Shown here: one piece after another, positions 1 to 8,168 of the stretch
How the letters are laid out: each line of letters opens with the position of its first letter
Numbering within the stretch: position 1 is the stretch's first letter
From: Clostridia bacterium
GTDB taxonomy: Bacteria; Bacillota; Clostridia; TANB77; UBA1234
Length of the DNA: 55,424 nt
Assembly: GCA_016291695.1 (NCBI GenBank)
Contig: JAEEYG010000092.1
Location: 1-55,424, forward strand
Direction: 5' to 3'
Notes under the pieces: generated by a model
What the model was told of the DNA's origin: nothing
Database searches by the model: none
The model's input: only the letters and a program-made list of their open reading frames with translations
Position numbers and translations under genes: made by a program

Positions 1-1752
1 GAAACTGGAGTTAGACTAAGATTTTTGTCAGCACTATCTAGACATTCCGATAAGCCTTGGAGCTTAGATGATGTTGATAGAACAATTAATATTGCTAAAA
101 GTCCATTTTTAGTTGGTGTTGACTTTATGGGTCAAGAAACAACTGCTTCACTTGATTTAAGGGAAGAATTAGAGATGTTTACCAGGTATGCTTGTACTCA
201 AGATCCAAATTTTGTTATTAGAGTTCATGCAGGTGAAAACCCGATTTTTAAGACTAATGTTTATGATGCGTTAAAAATTATTCAAGATGCACATGATAAA
301 TTGGAAGCTGAATTAGGGCATCCTGTTCCAATGCCACAGATTAGAATTGGACATGGACTGTACGGCTTAGACATTACAAGTGATGGTGAATGGCATGATG
401 TTCCACCTAATGGTGTTTTTGATTTAATAAAGAAAACTGGAGCAATTATTGAATTCAATATGAGCTCTAATCTTGCATTAAATAATATAAACGATATTTC
501 CAATATTCCTATAAAGAGATATGTGGATGCTGGTATACCTGTAGTTATTGGTACTGATGGTCACGGAATGTATTCTACGATTTCAGAGCAAGAGGTTTTG
601 CTTGCTAGTGCAGCGGGACTTGAGCCTGAGGATTTTGAAATTATTAGGCAAACAGAGGAAAGAGTTATTTCAAACGCGCTTGAAAGAGAACAAGAACATC
701 CTAGAATAGAAGATGTACCTGCATTGTATGAAGGCTTAAGGTATTCAACTCCAGAAGGTGGAAAAAGATTCACGGATAAGGTTGAAGAAAAGATTATAGC
801 TAGACAGGCCAGTATTGCTCATGAATTGCAACATAAAATAGCTTATACCGAAGCTATTACTGATGAAGGACAAATACTTGAAGATATTGAAGGAAAAGTT
901 CCTATACTAATTACTGGTGCATCCAAGAAATCTTGGCCGAATATTACACCCGACGATCAATTAAACATTGCAGTTGCTATGCAACTTTTAGCTGATACTT
1001 TAAATCCTGAGACTTCTTATGTTGTTACCGGTGGAACTAATTATGGTGCTGAGCGAACAATGCATGAAGCAGTACATAGGAGAAATCAAGAAGCGGAGTC
1101 AAAGCTACTTGTATTAGGAGCCTTTTCAAAGCTTATGTTACTAGGAACATTTACTATGGAAGCTGCACTTGAGGGTGAAGAGGGAATAGAAAAAGACACA
1201 ATTACTCATGCTATTGTTTTAAGATCAGAAGTTACTAAAAAGAAAGCAAAAACATGGAAAGACTTGCCAGATACGCAGTTAGACTTTGTTATAAAACGTG
1301 ATGGTCATATGATAGCAATAGGAGGAGGCTCTATTGTTAGTGATATGATACAAAGAGCTCATAATTTAGGCGTTGATATGCATTTGATGGATGGGCCTGA
1401 AGGAGCATCTACTGACAAGAGTAAAGCCTTAAGAGGAAATGATTACTCGTTTGTAACTCCTGAAGATTTGATAAGAAGACTATATAGTAGAAATCCGGCA
1501 TTATTTTTACCAGACTTTACTCTTGAAAAACTAGATGAATATCTAGCAAGGGCTAGAGAACAAGTTGGAAGCACAGAAATTCCTAATAATCCAGCAAACT
1601 TTGGCTTGGGTGCTATTTCAGAAATTGATAAATTAGTAACTGCAATCTTAAGAAACACTGGAAAAGAAAAGCTTGAGGGTGAAATTGCATCTGAATCAAA
1701 AGATGTTGATGATCCTGAAGTTAAACCCGAAGGGAGCGAGGTGACTGAATAA
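1..1752 (+). CDS. Adenosine/AMP-deaminase-like domain fused to a LOG/SLOG-like Rossmannoid domain (5' end cut by the window edge)
   Basis: Frame 1 is open from nt 1, with no stop before the TTG at 25, so the gene starts upstream of the window. The N-half has deaminase signature residues in canonical order: GVDFMGQE, VHAGE (nt 223-237), IGHG (nt 346-357), EFNMSSN and GTDGHG (nt 550-567). The N-terminal HxH metal motif would lie off-window. The C-half has Gly-rich Rossmannoid motifs VVTGGTNYGAERTM (nt 1021-1062) and IAIGGGSIVSDM (nt 1312-1347). The stop overlaps the next start (TAATG, 1750-1754). Confidence 0.6.
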   Translation, partial: ETGVRLRFLSALSRHSDKPWSLDDVDRTINIAKSPFLVGVDFMGQETTASLDLREELEMFTRYACTQDPNFVIRVHAGENPIFKTNVYDALKIIQDAHDKLEAELGHPVPMPQIRIGHGLYGLDITSDGEWHDVPPNGVFDLIKKTGAIIEFNMSSNLALNNINDISNIPIKRYVDAGIPVVIGTDGHGMYSTISEQEVLLASAAGLEPEDFEIIRQTEERVISNALEREQEHPRIEDVPALYEGLRYSTPEGGKRFTDKVEEKIIARQASIAHELQHKIAYTEAITDEGQILEDIEGKVPILITGASKKSWPNITPDDQLNIAVAMQLLADTLNPETSYVVTGGTNYGAERTMHEAVHRRNQEAESKLLVLGAFSKLMLLGTFTMEAALEGEEGIEKDTITHAIVLRSEVTKKKAKTWKDLPDTQLDFVIKRDGHMIAIGGGSIVSDMIQRAHNLGVDMHLMDGPEGASTDKSKALRGNDYSFVTPEDLIRRLYSRNPALFLPDFTLEKLDEYLARAREQVGSTEIPNNPANFGLGAISEIDKLVTAILRNTGKEKLEGEIASESKDVDDPEVKPEGSEVTE

Positions 1753-2198
1753 TGACGTTAGAATACAGACAATCTTTAACAGAGTTAGATAAAGTATTAT
1801 CTTATATGGATGAAGATAATATAAAAAAAGTTCCTAATAAGATTCTTGATTTTATTAAGAGGAATATGGATAAAAACTATTCCCCAAATATTGACAGAAA
1901 CATTCCTGTATATAAGCAACCGCTAAAAAAAGATACTAGAGTATTATTATCGTTATTATACAGACATTTCTGGTGTAGTAGCGAGAAAAAGGAAAGATTA
2001 TTAGCTGAAGACAAGGAAGAGTTGGATAAGTATTTTTCAGAGATTCAAAGACGTAGTACTTTTAATGCTTCAACTACTGATTCAAATAGTATTAACGAGG
2101 CTGTGACTGAGGAATGTAAAGAAATTGTAACGGTTGAAAAAATGAACTTCTTTAAAAGGATTCTTGATAGAATTATTAAATTCTTCAAGAGAAAATAA
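1752..2198 (+). CDS. Small partner protein, paralog A of a three-member family in this window
   Basis: Its ATG overlaps the upstream stop by 1 nt (translational coupling). It gives a gap-free alignment of about 30% identity to 40883..41170 and 3067..3561, with the pattern VL..(M/L)D....(K/R)(V/L)P..(I/V).(D/E)(F/Y)(I/L).(R/K)N ... P(N/D)I ... P(L/I).(K/R)(D/E)(T/A) ... F(W/F)C...(K/E)(E/K). It ends in a basic amphipathic tail, FFKRILDRIIKFFKRK. Confidence 0.75.
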   Translation: MTLEYRQSLTELDKVLSYMDEDNIKKVPNKILDFIKRNMDKNYSPNIDRNIPVYKQPLKKDTRVLLSLLYRHFWCSSEKKERLLAEDKEELDKYFSEIQRRSTFNASTTDSNSINEAVTEECKEIVTVEKMNFFKRILDRIIKFFKRK

Positions 2199-2210
2199 TT
2201 AAATGATTAT

Positions 2211-2241
2211 AAAAGAGCTTCCTATACTGAAGCTCTTTTTG
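2211..2241. terminator. Bidirectional rho-independent terminator between convergent genes
   Basis: The stem is agagcttc (2214-2221) / gaagctct (2229-2236), flanked by an A-run and a T-run. Confidence 0.7.
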
Positions 2242-2246
2242 ACTCT

Positions 2247-2882
2247 TTAATAATTTCTTGGACCAAATATTTTTGTTCCTATTCTTACATAAGAACTATT
2301 TTCTTGAACAGCTATTTTATAATCGTTACTCATACCCATAGAAAGTATTTCTAAATTATATTTATCTTTAAGATGGGCCATTTCATTAAAGTATTTTCTG
2401 TTTTCTTCTGGATTATCAGTTTTTGGAGCAACGCACATTAATCCTTTGACTTTAATATTAGGTAATTTACTTATACTATTTATTGCGCTATCTAATTCAT
2501 TTACATGAAAGCCATATTTTGTAGGTTCATCAGCGATATTGACTTCTAATAATGTGTTACTAATTATTCCTTTCTTATTTGCTTCTTTATCTATAGTTTC
2601 TGCTAGTTTAACCGAATCTATGGAATGAATAAGTGATACTTTACCAATAATATCTTTTACTTTATTTGTCTGCAAATGTCCTATTAGGTGCCAGTTAATA
2701 TCACTAGGTAACTTATCTATTTTGCTGAGTAACTCTTGAACTTTGTTTTCTCCAAAGTTTTTTACTCCGGCATCATATGCTTCTTTCATTTTTTCAATTG
2801 ATTGCGTTTTAGAAACAGCTATTAATTCAGCATTACTATCGTTTAAGTCATTATAAATACTATTGATATTTTCCTTTATCAT
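2247..2882 (-). CDS. yggS: YggS-family pyridoxal-phosphate homeostasis protein
   Basis: 211 aa with the hallmarks VSKTQSIE, FGENKVQE and HLIGHLQTNK, and a TIM-barrel alanine-racemase N-domain-like length. Confidence 0.85.
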   Translation of the reverse strand: MIKENINSIYNDLNDSNAELIAVSKTQSIEKMKEAYDAGVKNFGENKVQELLSKIDKLPSDINWHLIGHLQTNKVKDIIGKVSLIHSIDSVKLAETIDKEANKKGIISNTLLEVNIADEPTKYGFHVNELDSAINSISKLPNIKVKGLMCVAPKTDNPEENRKYFNEMAHLKDKYNLEILSMGMSNDYKIAVQENSSYVRIGTKIFGPRNY

Positions 2883-3066
2883 TAGTCATCACCAATTAGA
2901 TTATAGCATAAAAATCTTGTATTATTTGATATTTATTAAGTTTTTGTTACTAATTTGAACATTTTTAGAAGATTCTTGGCATCTATGATAAAATATGTAT
3001 GGTATTTGTAGGTATTAAGTACAGACGATTTTGAAATTGTTTGTTTCTTATAAAGAGGTGATTAGT

Positions 3067-3561
3067 TTGTTATCTATAGGAAAGGCAATGTATCAGGTCT
3101 GGCAAATTGTTGATAATTTGCCAGAAGATGAAAAAGCCTTTATATCTCAAGACTTAATAGATGAGATAAAAGGCACTATGGAAGTTGATGATAGTTTCAC
3201 AATTGATTTTGACATTCCGTTGGAAAAACAAAAATTAGATGATAAAGCCTGGAATATGCTTAAAAAAGTCCTTAAAAATGCTAAGAAGAATGGATATGGT
3301 AAAACTGATTCTGTAAATGTTGAAGCTCCTACCGAAGAAAAGGATATTAACCAGTTCAGGCTAGAGAATATAGAATTAAACCAAAAGCTTTCGCAATCAA
3401 AGAAGCTTATCATAGATATTAGTAAGTCTGTTGAAAAACTTCAAAATGAAAACAAAAAGCTAATGGAAGATAACGCTGAATTATTGTGTTGCATAAATAG
3501 AGTTCCAAAACTATTTAGAAAAATGTTTTTTAAAGATGCAACGACAAAGCTAATAAAGTAA
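3067..3561 (+). CDS. Small partner-family protein, paralog B, with a C-terminal coiled-coil extension
   Basis: The track ORF starts at 3031. The RBS aaagaggtg (3052-3060) favours TTG 3067, with ATG 3088 as an alternative. The segment ISQDLIDEIKGTMEVDDSFTIDFDIPLEKQKLDDKAWNML aligns gap-free with paralog A's VPNKILDFIKRNMDKNYSPNIDRNIPVYKQPLKKDTRVLL (13/40 identical by eye). The C-half is heptad-like (NQKLSQSKKLIIDISKSVEKLQNENKKLMEDNAELL) and ends in a basic tail, KLFRKMFFK. Confidence 0.65.
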   Translation: MLSIGKAMYQVWQIVDNLPEDEKAFISQDLIDEIKGTMEVDDSFTIDFDIPLEKQKLDDKAWNMLKKVLKNAKKNGYGKTDSVNVEAPTEEKDINQFRLENIELNQKLSQSKKLIIDISKSVEKLQNENKKLMEDNAELLCCINRVPKLFRKMFFKDATTKLIK

Positions 3562-3582
3562 ATGTGATATTAGGAGGTTTTT

Positions 3583-4683
3583 ATGAAAAAGTTGGGGTTT
3601 GGCTTAATGAGATTACCACGTCTTGATGGTTCAGATGAAATTGATATTGAACAAACGAAAAAAATGGTTGATTTGTTTTTAGATGCAGGTTTTACATATT
3701 TTGATACTGCTTTTGTATATAATGGAAGCGAAGAAGCAATTAAAAAAGCACTTGTTGAAAGACATCCTAGAGAATCTTATACTCTTGCTTCTAAAAATGC
3801 TGCCTGGGCTGGATGTAAATCAAGAGAAGATGCTATTAAGCAATTTGAAACTTCATTGGAAAGAACTGGAGCCGGATACTTTGATTACTATTTGCTTCAT
3901 AACTTAGGTAATGAAAGAACTAAGTATTTTGATGATTGGGATTTATGGAGATGGGCATTTGAAATGAAAGAACAGGGGAAGATAAAGCATGTTGGTTTTT
4001 CTTTCCATTCAACTCCAGAAGAGTTAGAGGAGATATTAACAAAGCATCCTGAAGCAGAATTTGTTCAACTTCAGATTAATTATGCTGATTGGGAAAGTGC
4101 AACTATTCAATCTAGAAAATGTTATGAGGTTGCTAGAAAACATGGAAAGCCTATAGTTGTTATGGAACCAGTAAAAGGTGGTATGCTTGCTACACCGCCT
4201 AAAACAGTCGAGAGTGTCCTTAAAGATGCTAATCCTAATTTATCCAATGCTTCTTGGGCTGTAAAGTATGCTGCAGACTTAGATGGAGTTATGGTTGTAT
4301 TATCTGGAATGAGTAATATTGAACAAATGCAGGATAACATTTCATATATGAAAGATTTTGAAGGCTTAAATGATAATGAAAGAAATGTTATTAAAAAAGC
4401 TCAAGAAGAATTAGATAAAATTCCCCTTATTCCATGCACATCATGCAACTATTGTGCAAAGGTATGCCCTATGAATATCGCCATATCAGCTTCTTTTAGT
4501 GCTATGAATATGTTAACTTTATATAATAATACAGAGGCTGCTAGAAGAGAAGTAGGATGGGATCTTCAAAAGGGAAAAGCTAGTGCTTCTGAATGCATCA
4601 AATGTGGAGCTTGTGAAGGTGTTTGTCCACAACATATACAAATCAGAGATGAGTTAGAAAATGTTGCTAAGCATTTGTGCTAG
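3583..4683 (+). CDS. Aldo/keto reductase with a C-terminal 4Fe-4S dicluster domain
   Basis: It has a typical AKR N-terminus (GFGLMRLP, FDTAFVYNGSEE) plus two ferredoxin Cys motifs, CTSCNYCAKVCP and CIKCGACEGVCP. The RBS is aggagg. Confidence 0.85.
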   Translation: MKKLGFGLMRLPRLDGSDEIDIEQTKKMVDLFLDAGFTYFDTAFVYNGSEEAIKKALVERHPRESYTLASKNAAWAGCKSREDAIKQFETSLERTGAGYFDYYLLHNLGNERTKYFDDWDLWRWAFEMKEQGKIKHVGFSFHSTPEELEEILTKHPEAEFVQLQINYADWESATIQSRKCYEVARKHGKPIVVMEPVKGGMLATPPKTVESVLKDANPNLSNASWAVKYAADLDGVMVVLSGMSNIEQMQDNISYMKDFEGLNDNERNVIKKAQEELDKIPLIPCTSCNYCAKVCPMNIAISASFSAMNMLTLYNNTEAARREVGWDLQKGKASASECIKCGACEGVCPQHIQIRDELENVAKHLC

Positions 4684-4836
4684 AGCTGGATTATTTTACA
4701 TAAATTATCCTTACTTGAATTTATGTTGAATAAAAATGTGCTTTTTATGTGAATTACAACAAATAATTGTTGCTCATATTGTATTAATATAGTATTATAA
4801 AAAGCAGTTGAATAATTACTCGAAAGGAGATTTTTT

Positions 4837-5643
4837 ATGAAAAATTTATTTAAGGTTTTAGCATTAGTTATGGTAATCTGCGTAGCAGTATTCGCCTTAA
4901 CTGGATGTGGAGAAGAAAAGAATGAGGGTGGTTCAACACCAGCTAATAATACAAATGTATCAAGCAACTCAATTGTTGGATATTGGAAGAATGATAGCTA
5001 TGGCGCTGACTTTATCTATACATTTAATGATGACGGAACAGGTAATTACTATGTAGCAGGTGCTGATATGCCATTTACTTATAAGACAAATGGTGATCAA
5101 TTATCTATTTTATTTGATGGTGATGATGCTTCTTTTGATACTACTTATGAAGTAAAAGGTAATGTTCTTAATGTTGCTGACTCTTTAGGTGAAGACACAT
5201 TATATGACAGAATAGATGCTAGTGAGCTTCCAAAGCCTGCTCAAATTGGAACAGCAGGGAGCAGCATGCCTCTTAAAGATAATCCAGATGAAGCTAGATC
5301 TCAGGTTGAATATTGTTTCCAAAACTGGATTGATAAAGCTTATGGTGATAAAATTACAGAGTCTAATGTTCATGTAGAAAAGATATATAGCTCAGAGGAT
5401 GAACAAAATGACGAAGCACTTAAAGCATTAAATCTTAATGAACAAGAAGTTGCTTTTGAAGTTAGATATGAACTTAAACCTGCTGAAGGCGTTGATGTAA
5501 ACGAACTTACAGCTGCAACTGGAGAGTATGACGAAGAAACTGGTTGGGTTATTGAGAAGTATAACTGCGGAGTTATTAGACCAACTGTAAATTCTGAAGA
5601 TCCTTATGAAGTTGATACTGAAAGATTAGGAACAGGCTGGTAA
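4837..5643 (+). CDS. Lipoprotein with a lipocalin-like N-domain
   Basis: It has a signal peptide with the lipobox LTGC, preceded by the RBS aaaggag. A Gly/Asp-rich beta segment is present (IVGYWKNDS...FNDDGTGNYY). Confidence 0.7.
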   Translation: MKNLFKVLALVMVICVAVFALTGCGEEKNEGGSTPANNTNVSSNSIVGYWKNDSYGADFIYTFNDDGTGNYYVAGADMPFTYKTNGDQLSILFDGDDASFDTTYEVKGNVLNVADSLGEDTLYDRIDASELPKPAQIGTAGSSMPLKDNPDEARSQVEYCFQNWIDKAYGDKITESNVHVEKIYSSEDEQNDEALKALNLNEQEVAFEVRYELKPAEGVDVNELTAATGEYDEETGWVIEKYNCGVIRPTVNSEDPYEVDTERLGTGW

Positions 5644-5663
5644 TAATATAATATTGCATGCTT

Positions 5664-5695
5664 AAAAGGGAAAGCTCAGCTTTCCCTTTATCATT
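5664..5695 (+). terminator. Rho-independent terminator
   Basis: The stem is gggaaagc (5668-5675) / gctttccc (5679-5686), followed by a T-rich tract. Confidence 0.7.
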
Positions 5696-5732
5696 ATTAT
5701 TTGATTTTATAATTTTTATGGGAGAACTATAA

Positions 5733-7208
5733 ATGAAGTCGAGAAATATGTTGAAAGGCCTTATTGCTGGTGTTATTTTATTTGTCATATGTTCCTTGGT
5801 CATAATTCTTAATGGCAATTCTTATACAATTAAAATGAAAAACACCTATGGCGCTGTAAGTTCTGAAGATGTAAATATTTCAATTGAACATGAAAATATT
5901 GCAAAACTATCTAATATAGTAGTAGATAAAGATACGGTATCTATTTCTTTTGATGCTATCTCTAAGGGGAAAACATATTTTAGTGTAATAATATCTGGCG
6001 AAGAAGTTGGAAGTCTTTATTGTATATTTGTACACAACTTTAACATTATTACACTAAATGAGTTTTTAGGTGACTGCTCTTATAGTTGGATTATACCGTT
6101 GTCATTAACAATCCTTATGGGATACATTTCTTTCTTATTAATTAAGTCTTTTTTGCAAAATTATAAAAAAGATATGTATCAATACAAAAACATTGCCTAT
6201 ATAGGTTTGATTATTATTATGGTAGCTTCAACAATTAGTCAGGCTTCACATATAGCTAATTATGGTGGGCTTATTCATACCGTTTATGACATATTAAAAA
6301 CTTTTTCATTAGCTATATTAATTTTTCCTTTGGCACTTGTTGTATCTTTTCTCGTCATTATTAGTAATGTGGTACTTATTAAGAAAGAAGGATTTAATGT
6401 AAAGAATACACTGGGTATTATTTTAGGAATTTCTCTTTGCTTCTTTACAGTACTTCCTGAGATTATGTACCTTCTATTATATGATTCTCCAATAATTGAC
6501 GTTCATAATTTAAATGGATACGGTGTATATGTATATGAGTTTATCGAAGCGATTATATATATTGGCGTTTCATATACGGAATGCATACTGCTAGGAACTA
6601 TTATTTTATCTATAAAGGTTGGTAGGCATATTCCAAGCTTTGATAAAGATGCGATTGTAATTTTGGGTTGTCAAGTAAAAAAAGATGGAAGTCTTACAAA
6701 TCTTTTAAAAGGTAGAGTAAATAGAGCAATTGAATTTGGAAAATTGCAAAAGGATAATACTGGAAAAGAATTATTGTATATTCCATCTGGTGGAAAGGGA
6801 AATGATGAAGTTGTTTCCGAAGCACAAGCTATGAAAAACTATCTTATTTCACAAGGGATTGATGAAAACCGTATTCTTATGGAGGATAACTCTAAAAATA
6901 CTGCTGAGAATATAGAGTTTTCAAATAAGCTAATCTGTGAAAGAACTAGTAATCCTAAAGTTGCGTTCTCAACTACTAATTATCATGTTTTTAGAGCTGG
7001 TAACTTAGCCTCAACTCTAGGATATAAATATGAAGGAATAGGAGCTAAGACAAAAAATTATTTTTGGATTAATGCTTTTATAAGAGAATTTGTAGCAACA
7101 ATGATTAATGAAAAGAAAAAGCATATGTTAGTAACTTTTTGCATCATAGTCGCAACAATTGTTTTAACAATACTAGAGTATTTGAATAATAATATTCAAT
7201 TTATATAA
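5733..7208 (+). CDS. Polytopic membrane protein with a C-terminal YdcF/ElyC (DUF218) domain
   Basis: It has several hydrophobic helices followed by DUF218-like motifs: IVILGCQVKKDGS, LKGRVNRAIEF, IPSGGKG...SEAQAM..YL and NSKNTAENI. Confidence 0.75.
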   Translation: MKSRNMLKGLIAGVILFVICSLVIILNGNSYTIKMKNTYGAVSSEDVNISIEHENIAKLSNIVVDKDTVSISFDAISKGKTYFSVIISGEEVGSLYCIFVHNFNIITLNEFLGDCSYSWIIPLSLTILMGYISFLLIKSFLQNYKKDMYQYKNIAYIGLIIIMVASTISQASHIANYGGLIHTVYDILKTFSLAILIFPLALVVSFLVIISNVVLIKKEGFNVKNTLGIILGISLCFFTVLPEIMYLLLYDSPIIDVHNLNGYGVYVYEFIEAIIYIGVSYTECILLGTIILSIKVGRHIPSFDKDAIVILGCQVKKDGSLTNLLKGRVNRAIEFGKLQKDNTGKELLYIPSGGKGNDEVVSEAQAMKNYLISQGIDENRILMEDNSKNTAENIEFSNKLICERTSNPKVAFSTTNYHVFRAGNLASTLGYKYEGIGAKTKNYFWINAFIREFVATMINEKKKHMLVTFCIIVATIVLTILEYLNNNIQFI

Positions 7209-7211
7209 TAC

Positions 7212-7243
7212 GAAAAAGACACCCTTTTGGGGTGCCTTTTTTG
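7212..7243. terminator. Bidirectional terminator between convergent genes
   Basis: The sequence aaaaagaCACCCttttgGGGTGcctttttt forms a short GC stem flanked by an A-run and a T-run. Confidence 0.6.
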
Positions 7244-7250
7244 TTCTTAA

Positions 7251-7934
7251 TTAGAGTTCATCGTCTGGTCCAAGCTGGAGATACTCTTCCAAAGTTAAGC
7301 CGTTGTCCATGATTTCATGAGCAACTTCCGGTGAGCCAACGTAGCGAAGATGCCAGGGTTCGTAACTATATCCAGTTATATCTTCTTTGCCCTGAGGATA
7401 TCTCAAGATAAAGCCATAATCGGCAATCTTAGCATGAATTCTTGCAAAGATTTCGGCTTCGGCAATCATCAGGTCATTGTCGTCAATGGTTACTCCATCT
7501 TTGACAATACAGATGTCAATCGCCAGGCCGGTCTGATGTTCACTAAAACCGGTGACTGCGACATATTGCCGGACATAGTCGATTCCGTACTCTTCCGTAA
7601 ACCGATCCCAGATGTCCTGTTGTTCTGCCACAGAGCGGTAGCAAGAGTCGAGCTCAATCTGGATTCCTTCTGAAAGCAGATCTTCACGAAGAAGTACGAA
7701 CATATCGTAGGCTTCGTATTCGACTCGATGGTCGTGTCCGCCTTCAAAGTCAGGAACGGTCACGAGAATCAGAATTTCTTCCCAATTCTCAGGAAGTTGG
7801 TTTTCCTTGTTAACAAGCACAAGGTAATCAATCATCCTCTTGATATCAGGAGAGGGGACACCGGCAGCGAAAGCAGTCACAGAAACGCTGGAAATGAGCA
7901 TGAGTGCGATGATGAGTGTAATGAACCGCTTCAT
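7251..7934 (-). CDS. VanY-like D-alanyl-D-alanine carboxypeptidase (peptidase M15B), secreted; high-GC cassette A
   Basis: It has a signal peptide (LIIALMLISSVSVTAFA) and M15 zinc-ligand motifs SEHQTGLAIDI and EPWHLRYVG. The RBS is aaggagg. G+C is clearly above that of the flanks. Confidence 0.8.
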   Translation of the reverse strand: MKRFITLIIALMLISSVSVTAFAAGVPSPDIKRMIDYLVLVNKENQLPENWEEILILVTVPDFEGGHDHRVEYEAYDMFVLLREDLLSEGIQIELDSCYRSVAEQQDIWDRFTEEYGIDYVRQYVAVTGFSEHQTGLAIDICIVKDGVTIDDNDLMIAEAEIFARIHAKIADYGFILRYPQGKEDITGYSYEPWHLRYVGSPEVAHEIMDNGLTLEEYLQLGPDDEL

Positions 7935-7963
7935 TTTTGTTTCCTCCTTACTTTTGACATGTC

Positions 7964-8023
7964 TTAGTAATTTGAGAGAAAATTGTGAGCAGGGCCATCC
8001 CGGACAGAGAACGCAAGACGCAT
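7964..8023 (-). CDS. 19-codon leader micro-ORF (MRLAFSVRDGPAHNFLSNY) upstream of the VanY-like gene
   Basis: The ATG at 8023-8021 is preceded by aaggagg at about 7 nt spacing, and the stop TAA is at 7966-7964. It lies between the cassette promoter and the VanY RBS. There is no homology evidence. Confidence 0.3.
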   Translation of the reverse strand: MRLAFSVRDGPAHNFLSNY

Positions 8024-8073
8024 CTTTACCTCCTTAATAAGTAGTAGGCAGTTTCGAGTTAGGTAACTCAGTC

Positions 8074-8102
8074 ATTTTAGCACAGCTTAACATAATTTGC
8101 AA
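8074..8102 (-). promoter_or_regulatory. Sigma-70-type promoter of cassette A
   Basis: The minus strand reads TTGCAA-17 nt-TAAAAT. Confidence 0.5.
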
Positions 8103-8130
8103 TATATAGTACAATTTTGTTAACATAAAA

Positions 8131-8165
8131 CAAAAACTCCCCGGTCGATTACTAGGGGAGTTTTA
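8131..8165 (-). terminator. pyrG terminator
   Basis: The minus strand reads aaaactcccc-tagtaatcgacc-ggggagttttt immediately after the pyrG stop. Confidence 0.8.
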
Positions 8166-8168
8166 TCA

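Noticed and set aside
1108-1161. An imperfect 27-nt tandem duplication inside the deaminase-SLOG gene (KLLVLGAFS / KLMLLGTFT).
   Set aside because: Only about 18 of 27 nt are identical by eye, and the duplication is in frame within a hydrophobic beta-strand-like region. It is probably an old internal duplication or coincidence, so I do not treat it as a feature.
7350-8037. Several + strand ORFs (7350-7673, 7728-7967, 7840-8037) and a minus-strand ORF (7490-7747) in and around the VanY-like gene.
   Set aside because: The locally high G+C lowers stop-codon frequency, so long spurious ORFs are expected. Only the minus-strand 7251-7934 frame has a signal peptide, an RBS and M15 motifs.
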